A stretch of DNA of 64,000 nucleotides, from assembly GCA_025362675.1 (NCBI GenBank), contig JANYFN010000226.1, positions 3,835-67,834 of the forward strand. Direction: 5' to 3'. Below, one piece after another: positions 30,527 through 37,535 of the stretch. The first letter of the stretch is position 1; every line of letters starts with the position of its first letter. The notes below the pieces were generated by a model that saw nothing but the letters and a program-made list of their open reading frames with translations, had not been told where the DNA came from and searched no databases. The stretch comes from Limisphaerales bacterium (lineage in GTDB: Bacteria > Verrucomicrobiota > Verrucomicrobiia > Limisphaerales > UBA11358). A program made the translations under genes and the position numbers.

Positions 30527-33500
30527 ATGAAAAACCCGCGCGTATTCAAAACCATTGATGGCTGCGAAGCGGCGGCCAAAGTCGCTTTCATGCTCAACGA
30601 GGCGATGGCGATTTATCCCATCACACCCTCCTCGCCCATCGCCGAGTGGTGCGATCAGTGGGCGTCCGAAGGCAAAAAAAATCTCTGGGGCACCACGCCC
30701 GCCATCGTCGAAATGCAGAGCGAAGGCGGTGCCGTCGGTGCCGTGCATGGAATGTTGCAGACCGGTTCGCTGGCCACGACGTTCACTGCATCACAAGGCT
30801 TGCTATTGATGATCCCGAACATGTTCAAGTTCGCGGGTGAATTGTTGCCGACAGTTTTCCACGTCACCGCGAGAACCGTGGCCACGCACGCGCTTTCCAT
30901 TTTTGGCGATCACAGCGACATCATGGCCGTGCGCTCGGCGGGTTGGGCCATGCTTGGCGCAGCGTCAGTGCAAGAGACGATGGACTTCGCGCTCATCGCG
31001 CACGCCGCCACGTTACGTTCGCGGATTCCGTTCGTCCATTTCTTCGACGGCTTCCGCACGTCGCACGAAGTTTCCAAAATCGAAATGTTAGATGATGCCG
31101 TATTGCGGGCATTGATGGATGACACGTTGATCGCTGAATTTCGTTCCCGCGCCATGACGCCCGACAAACCGGTTTTGCGCGGCACGGCGCAAAACCCCGA
31201 CGCCTTTTTCCAAGGCCGCGAAGCGACGAATTTGATCTACGCCGCCTGCCCCGAGGTCGTGCAAAAAGTCATGGACGAATTTGCCGCGCAAACTGGACGC
31301 CAATACAAATTGTTCGAATATTTCGGCGCACCCGATGCGGAAAAAGTGATCGTGCTCATGGGTTCCGGCTGCGAAGCGGCGCATGAAACTATCGAGCATT
31401 TACTTGCCAGCGGCGAAAAAGTCGGTGTGCTCAAAGTGCGCTTGTATCGCCCGTTTGATGGCAAACGATTCGTCGAAGCCCTGCCAAATTCCGTGCGCAA
31501 AATCGCTGTGCTGGATCGCACCAAAGAACCCGGCGCGACCGGTGAACCGCTGTATCAAGATTGCATCACAGCGTTGGTGGAAGAAATTTCCAGCGGCCGC
31601 GCTCACTTGAAAGTGATGCCGAAAATTTTGACCGGGCGTTACGGTTTATCCTCAAAGGAATTCACGCCCGCAATGGTGAAAGCCGTGTTCGACAATCTCG
31701 ACGCGGCGGATGCCAAAAATCATTTCACCGTTGGCATTGATGACGATGTTTCGCACACCAGCATTCCTTACGATCCGAATTTCTCCACCGAGCCGGCGAA
31801 TGTCGTTCGCGCTTTGTTCTACGGTCTCGGCGCGGATGGAACCGTGGGTGCAAATAAAAATTCGATTAAAATCATCGGCGAGGAAACGGAGAATTACGCG
31901 CAAGGATATTTTGTTTACGACTCGAAAAAATCCGGCTCCATCACGACGTCGCATTTACGCTTCGGGCCGAAGCCGATTCGTTCCTCCTATCTGGTGACGC
32001 AGGCGAATTTCGTTGCGTGCCATCAACCGGGCTTTCTGGAGCGCTATGAAATGTTGCGCAGCCTGGTGCCGGGCGGAACGTTTCTGCTGAACACGCCGTA
32101 TGCGCCGGGAGCCGTTTGGAGCCGTTTGCCCACGCCAGTGCAAACAACGTTGCTCGCAAAAAAGGCGCGGCTGTTTGTCATCAACGCCACCCGCGTCGCG
32201 AAAGAAAGCGGCATGGGCGGACGCATCAACACCATTATGCAAGTTTGCTTCTTCGCACTTTCCGGCGTGCTGCCAAAAGACGAGGCGATTGAGGCCATTA
32301 AAAATTCGATCAAGAAAACTTACGGCAAAAAAGGCGATGAGGTCGTGAAAATGAATTTGCTAGCCGTGGACAATACCCTGGCCCATTTGCATGAAGTCGT
32401 CGTGACGGATAACGCAGTGAACGGCACCGGGCCGTTGTTGCCACCGATTTCGCCGAGCGCGCCCGCGTTCGTGACCACGGTTTTAGGCAAGCTGGCCGCT
32501 GGTTTTGGTGATGAACTTCCGGTGAGTGCGTTTCCGAACGATGGCACTTTTCCCACGGCGACGGCGCAATATGAAAAGCGTAATCTGGCTTTGGATATTC
32601 CAGTGTGGGACGAAAAAACGTGTATCCAATGCTTGAAGTGCGTGGCGATTTGTCCGCACGCCACGATCCGCGCAAAAGTTTATGACGCCTCGGATTTGAT
32701 GAATGCGCCGGTTTCATTCAAAGCCACCGACGCGCGCGTGCCGGAATTCAAAGGTATGAAATTTTCGCTGCAAGTCGCGGCAGAAGATTGCACCGGCTGC
32801 GGCATCTGCGTGGAAGTTTGTCCGGTAAAAAATAAATCCGAGGCCCGGCTCAAGGCCATCAATATGCAACTGCAAGCGCCGTTGCGCGATGCGGAGCGGG
32901 ACAACTGGAATTATTTTCTCACGCTGCCGGAATTTGATCGGCGCAAGCTCAAAACCGCGACGCTCCGCCAGCAGCAAATTCTTCAACCGCTGTTTGAATT
33001 TAGCGGCGCCTGTGCCGGTTGCGGCGAAACGCCTTACATCAAAATGTTGTCGCAACTTTTTGGTGATCGCGCGGTAATCGCCAATGCTACCGGGTGCTCC
33101 TCGATTTACGGCGGCAATTTGCCGACCACGCCTTACGCGACTGATAAGTGTGGACGTGGCCCGACGTGGTGCAATTCATTGTTCGAGGACAACGCCGAAT
33201 TTGGCCTCGGCTTCCGCGTGTCGATCGACAAACAAAAAGAGTATGCGGAAGAGTTGTTGAAAAAAATTGCGGGTCAAGTCGGCGAGGATTTGGCCACGCA
33301 AATTATTAATTCCGCGCAAAATGACGAGGCGGAAATTTATGAACAACGGGAACGCGTGGCGGCGCTCAAGGAACAATTGAAGCACCTCAATTGCGATGCC
33401 GCGAAGCTGCTGATTCCGCTGGTGGATCAGCTCGTCAAAAAAAGCGTGTGGATTCTCGGCGGCGATGGCTGGGCTTACGACATCGGCTACGGTGGCTTGG

Positions 33501-34117
33501 ATCACGTTCTCGCCAGCGGTCGCAAGGTCAACGTGCTCGTCATGGATACGGAAGTTTATTCCAACACCGGTGGCCAGATGAGTAAGGCCACGCCGCGCGG
33601 AGCGATCGCCAAATTTGCCGCTGGCGGAAAGCCGGCCGGCAAAAAAGATCTCGGTTTGATCGCGATGAGCTACGGAAATATTTATGTCGCGAGCGTCGCG
33701 ATGGGTGCGAAAGACGAACACACGCTCAAAGCGTTCGTCGAGGCGGAATCGTTTCCGGGACCGTCGCTCATCATCGCTTACAGCCATTGCATTGCGCACG
33801 GCATCGCACTGGATACGGGCATCGGCGCGCGCCAGCAGAAGCTCGCGGTCGAGTCCGGTCAATGGCTGCTGTATCGCTACGACCCGCGCCGGGCGGAGCG
33901 CGGCGAGAATCCGCTGCAACTGGATTCCAGCGCCGCGAAACACAAAGTCAAAGATTTCATGCTCACGGAAAATCGGTTCAAGATGCTCACCAAAAGCAAA
34001 CCGGATGACGCGAAGAAATTTTTTGAACAATCGCAGACCGATGCCGACCGACGCTGGAAGTTTTATCAATTTCTGGCCGAACGCGACATGCACTCAAAAC
34101 CGTTACTGCCCGCCTAA
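30527..34117 (+). CDS. nifJ: Pyruvate:ferredoxin (flavodoxin) oxidoreductase, single-polypeptide type
   Basis: The ATG at 30527 gives MKNPRVFKTIDGCEAAA...YPITPSS, the canonical PFOR N-terminus. Has two 4Fe-4S motifs (CIQCLKCVAICP, CTGCGICVEVCP) and the TPP motif GGDGWAYDIGYGGLDH. The ORF extension back to 30374 overlaps the upstream gene and was rejected. Confidence 0.93.
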   Translation: MKNPRVFKTIDGCEAAAKVAFMLNEAMAIYPITPSSPIAEWCDQWASEGKKNLWGTTPAIVEMQSEGGAVGAVHGMLQTGSLATTFTASQGLLLMIPNMFKFAGELLPTVFHVTARTVATHALSIFGDHSDIMAVRSAGWAMLGAASVQETMDFALIAHAATLRSRIPFVHFFDGFRTSHEVSKIEMLDDAVLRALMDDTLIAEFRSRAMTPDKPVLRGTAQNPDAFFQGREATNLIYAACPEVVQKVMDEFAAQTGRQYKLFEYFGAPDAEKVIVLMGSGCEAAHETIEHLLASGEKVGVLKVRLYRPFDGKRFVEALPNSVRKIAVLDRTKEPGATGEPLYQDCITALVEEISSGRAHLKVMPKILTGRYGLSSKEFTPAMVKAVFDNLDAADAKNHFTVGIDDDVSHTSIPYDPNFSTEPANVVRALFYGLGADGTVGANKNSIKIIGEETENYAQGYFVYDSKKSGSITTSHLRFGPKPIRSSYLVTQANFVACHQPGFLERYEMLRSLVPGGTFLLNTPYAPGAVWSRLPTPVQTTLLAKKARLFVINATRVAKESGMGGRINTIMQVCFFALSGVLPKDEAIEAIKNSIKKTYGKKGDEVVKMNLLAVDNTLAHLHEVVVTDNAVNGTGPLLPPISPSAPAFVTTVLGKLAAGFGDELPVSAFPNDGTFPTATAQYEKRNLALDIPVWDEKTCIQCLKCVAICPHATIRAKVYDASDLMNAPVSFKATDARVPEFKGMKFSLQVAAEDCTGCGICVEVCPVKNKSEARLKAINMQLQAPLRDAERDNWNYFLTLPEFDRRKLKTATLRQQQILQPLFEFSGACAGCGETPYIKMLSQLFGDRAVIANATGCSSIYGGNLPTTPYATDKCGRGPTWCNSLFEDNAEFGLGFRVSIDKQKEYAEELLKKIAGQVGEDLATQIINSAQNDEAEIYEQRERVAALKEQLKHLNCDAAKLLIPLVDQLVKKSVWILGGDGWAYDIGYGGLDHVLASGRKVNVLVMDTEVYSNTGGQMSKATPRGAIAKFAAGGKPAGKKDLGLIAMSYGNIYVASVAMGAKDEHTLKAFVEAESFPGPSLIIAYSHCIAHGIALDTGIGARQQKLAVESGQWLLYRYDPRRAERGENPLQLDSSAAKHKVKDFMLTENRFKMLTKSKPDDAKKFFEQSQTDADRRWKFYQFLAERDMHSKPLLPA

Positions 34118-34135
34118 ACATTGACCCAAACTACT

Positions 34136-35134
34136 ATGAACCTGTCCACCACTTATCTTGGCTTGAAATTGCGTTCGCCGCTGGTCGTGGGCGCCTCGCC
34201 ATTGTCGGAAAATCTGGATAACCTCAAGCGCATGGAAGGTGCGGGTGCGAGCGCGGTGGTTCTCCATTCGCTGTTCGAGGAACAGTTGCGCAAGGATCGT
34301 CTGGAACTTCACCGTCATCTGGAGCACGGAACCGAGAGCAATGCCGAGGCCCTCACTTATTTTCCCGAAGCCAGCGAATATCGTCTCGGCCCAGAGGAAT
34401 ATCTCCGCCACATCTGGCTGGCCAAACAGTCAGTAAAGATTCCGGTCATCGCCAGTTTGAATGCGTCGTCGGTCGGCGGGTGGACGGAATACGCGAAGCA
34501 AATTCAGCAAGCCGGCGCGGACGCGTTGGAACTGAATATTTATAACATTCCCACGGATCTCGATATGCCGGGCGAGGTGATCGAGGATGGGTATTTGAAC
34601 ATCCTCCGCGCGGTCCGCTCCGAGGTGAAAATCCCGATCGCGGTCAAATTAAGTCCGTTCTTTAGCAACTTCGCGAACATGGCCAAACGATTTGACGAGT
34701 GCGGGGCGAATGGACTGGTGTTGTTCAACCGGTTTTATCAGCCGGACATTGACCTCGAAGATTTGCAAGTGAAGCCGAATATTTTGTTGAGCACGCCGAT
34801 GGCGATGCGACTTCCGCTGCGTTGGATCGCCATTTTGCACGGTCGGCTCAATGCGAGCCTGGCGGCCACCAGCGGCATCCACCGCGCAAGCGATGTTCTC
34901 AAAATGCTCATGGTAGGGGCCGATGTGACGATGCTTTGCTCGACCGTTTTGCGCCATGGCTTTCCGCAGATCGCGCACATTGAATCCGACTTAATCCGCT
35001 GGCTGGAAGAGCACGAATACGAATCCATCGAACAACTCAAGGGGAGCATGAGCCAAAAAAATTGCGCCGAGCCGGCCGCGTTTGAGCGCGCGCAATATGT
35101 GAAAGGTCTCTCAACTTTCGAGTCGGAACATTAA
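34136..35134 (+). CDS. Dihydroorotate dehydrogenase-like FMN TIM-barrel protein
   Basis: About 332 aa from ATG 34136 (an alternative TTG lies at 34121). Has class-1 DHOD-like strands (LKLRSPLVVGASPLS, ELNIYN, IAVKLSPF, LFNRFYQPDID). The gene starts 18 nt after the PFOR stop. Confidence 0.75.
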   Translation: MNLSTTYLGLKLRSPLVVGASPLSENLDNLKRMEGAGASAVVLHSLFEEQLRKDRLELHRHLEHGTESNAEALTYFPEASEYRLGPEEYLRHIWLAKQSVKIPVIASLNASSVGGWTEYAKQIQQAGADALELNIYNIPTDLDMPGEVIEDGYLNILRAVRSEVKIPIAVKLSPFFSNFANMAKRFDECGANGLVLFNRFYQPDIDLEDLQVKPNILLSTPMAMRLPLRWIAILHGRLNASLAATSGIHRASDVLKMLMVGADVTMLCSTVLRHGFPQIAHIESDLIRWLEEHEYESIEQLKGSMSQKNCAEPAAFERAQYVKGLSTFESEH

Positions 35135-35340
35135 GCGGCCTCGCTCATTTTTTTCGAAGAGAGAAAAACCAGAAAGGTTTTGAATCCAATGTTTACAGCC
35201 AGAAAAACAGTTTTATGACGATTACTTTTTCTAATTTTATTCCAGCTTTGATATTAGCGTCAAAGAAATCGACCGGTTTTTTGTTCAATAACGGACAAAA
35301 AATGGTGAGCTCTATTCCGGGCAAATTCTAAATTAGCTTT

Positions 35341-36450
35341 GTGAAAAGAGAAGACATCAACGAGGCGCGTTCGGCAAAAATTTTCGTAGCTGGCTTGAGC
35401 TACAAGACCGCACCGGTGGCGGCCCGGGAAAAATTGGCAGTATCACGCACCCGATTGCAATGCTGCGGCTGCCGTTTAAAACTCCACGGGAATCTTTCCG
35501 AAGTCGTGCTGCTTTCGACCTGCAATCGCGTGGAGATCTATGGCGTATCGCCTTGGATCCACGGCCGCGTTCACCGGCTGTTTCAGGAACTGACTAACAG
35601 CGATTTTGATTTCACCCCCCATCTCTATGTCAAGGAAGGCGCGGCGGCTGCCCAACATCTGTTTTCCGTGGCCAGCGGCTTGGACTCGATGGTGGTGGGC
35701 GAAACGGAAATCACCGGCCAGGTCAAAAATGCATATCAAGCCGCCAAAGATGCCGGGCTGGTCGGTAAACAGATGAATCGTCTATTTCAAACGGCATTCT
35801 CAGTGGTGAAAGCCATCCGCACCAAAACGGCGATCGGCCGGGGCGCAACCTCGGTGGGCAGCGTAGCGGTGGAACTGGCGGAGAAAATTTTTGACAAAAC
35901 CCTCGCGGAAAAAACCGTGATGATTTTGGGCGCGGGCAAAATGGGGGAAGCCTGCGTGAAACATCTCGCCAAACGCGGGGCGAAAACCGTGCTCGTCGCC
36001 AATCGTTCGGCAGAAAGGGCGGAAAAACTCGCAGCCGAGTTTGGGGGCCGCGCAGTGCGGATCGAACACGCAGCTGCCGCCATGACCGAGGCCGACATAT
36101 TAGTTACGTCAACCGGCAGCCCAGATATTGTTTTATGGCGAGAAGATATCGCCAAGATTTTGCCAGCGCGCCGGAACCGGCCGCTGATTCTCGTGGACAT
36201 CGCCGTTCCCCGCGACATAGATCCGGCGGTCGCCGAGCTGCCCAACGTTTTTCTCTATGACATCGATGACCTAGAAGCCGTCGTTCGCGAGAACACCAAA
36301 AACCGCGTCCAGGAAATGACGGTTTGCGAGCAGATCATGGCCAAATATACGGCGGAACTGATGCCTAAACTAGAGTCGGCTTATGTAAACCACACCCCCG
36401 CGACGGTTGGAACGGCCACGGGATGGGTGTTTGGTGGAGTGCCGGTATAA
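35341..36450 (+). CDS. hemA: Glutamyl-tRNA reductase
   Basis: 369 aa with a GTG start. Carries GLSYKTAPVAAREKLAV, the catalytic-Cys motif LLSTCNRVEIYG, GETEITGQVK and the NADPH motif ILGAGKMGE. Confidence 0.9.
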   Translation: MKREDINEARSAKIFVAGLSYKTAPVAAREKLAVSRTRLQCCGCRLKLHGNLSEVVLLSTCNRVEIYGVSPWIHGRVHRLFQELTNSDFDFTPHLYVKEGAAAAQHLFSVASGLDSMVVGETEITGQVKNAYQAAKDAGLVGKQMNRLFQTAFSVVKAIRTKTAIGRGATSVGSVAVELAEKIFDKTLAEKTVMILGAGKMGEACVKHLAKRGAKTVLVANRSAERAEKLAAEFGGRAVRIEHAAAAMTEADILVTSTGSPDIVLWREDIAKILPARRNRPLILVDIAVPRDIDPAVAELPNVFLYDIDDLEAVVRENTKNRVQEMTVCEQIMAKYTAELMPKLESAYVNHTPATVGTATGWVFGGVPV

Positions 36451-36647
36451 AACAAAAAATATATGGATTTTTCAAAGAATTTTAACAGTGGGCACCGCGC
36501 GGCACTTCTGCCGATGAGCGGGTCTGCTGTTGGAACCACGGCTAACCTAGCCATGTTTAACCAATACGCGGCGTTGATATTCGGCCGCGTGCAGAACCAA
36601 GCCCCAATAACCACATAAAATACGCGCGTAACTAACTATTAACTAAT

Positions 36648-37406
36648 ATGAAAACCACCTACTTACTAACTCTAACCCTCGTCACCGGCTCGTTGCTGAC
36701 AGTGTCGGCCACGGCCGGAATTCTAGGCATCAATAACGCGGGCAGTCCACATGATTTTTCTTCGCAATCATGGAATGTGCAACCGTCAGATCCTGCCACA
36801 GTCTGTAGCGCCTGCCATATTCCTCACCATGCCGATAGCAGCGTCATCCCACTTTGGGCGCATGCCACCACCTCATCGTCGTTCACGATGTATAACAACG
36901 CCAATGTAACCGGCCTCGGCGATAATGCCACTTCGTTGCAAGCAGCGATTGATTCGCAACCAGCCGGCCCTTCGAAAGCTTGCTTGAGTTGCCATGACGG
37001 CACAGTAGCCATCAATACTTACGGCGGCACCACCCACGGCGTTGGGACCACCGTGACTAACAGTGCTAACTTAGGCACCGATTTAACGCATTCACATCCT
37101 ATTTCTTTGACCTATAGTCCGGCGATTGTCGGGCCGGGAGTCAATCAAGATAAATGGTTGTTTGACCCGAACACGACGCCGGTTTTGACCCCGGTCAGCG
37201 GCACGTTCATCCCGGGAAATGATATGACTATCAACGGTTTTCTACTGAACGGGCGGAACCGCTTGGAATGCACCTCGTGCCATGACGTGCATAACCAAGA
37301 AGGAACGCCATTCGATGTCGTGAACAATCCTAAACTGGTCAAAATTGTCGGCGTTGACGCCAACGGCAAGGGTAGTTTGCTCTGTCGCAGTTGCCATAAC
37401 AAGTAA
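36648..37406 (+). CDS. Secreted tetraheme cytochrome c
   Basis: 252 aa with a signal peptide. Has 4 CXXCH sites (CSACH, CLSCH, CTSCH, CRSCH). It is a paralogue of the N-terminal four-heme module of the 45826..47646 product. Confidence 0.85.
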   Translation: MKTTYLLTLTLVTGSLLTVSATAGILGINNAGSPHDFSSQSWNVQPSDPATVCSACHIPHHADSSVIPLWAHATTSSSFTMYNNANVTGLGDNATSLQAAIDSQPAGPSKACLSCHDGTVAINTYGGTTHGVGTTVTNSANLGTDLTHSHPISLTYSPAIVGPGVNQDKWLFDPNTTPVLTPVSGTFIPGNDMTINGFLLNGRNRLECTSCHDVHNQEGTPFDVVNNPKLVKIVGVDANGKGSLLCRSCHNK

Positions 37407-37535
37407 CTCCCTTAAACCGATGTGCCGGGAGATCATGACTGATTCGCCCGCACCTGATTAAAGCCAGCCGAGTAGGGGCAACAGGTATATAAGAGAGCAT
37501 GTCGGTGTAGGGAAAACAACTAACTAACTATTTAA

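Noticed and set aside
36485-36520. Sigma-54-like GGCAC elements upstream of the cytochrome cluster (gtgggcaccgcgcggcacttctgcc).
   Set aside because: The GG to GC spacing is off by 1-3 nt in every register, and sigma-54 promoters do not tolerate that.
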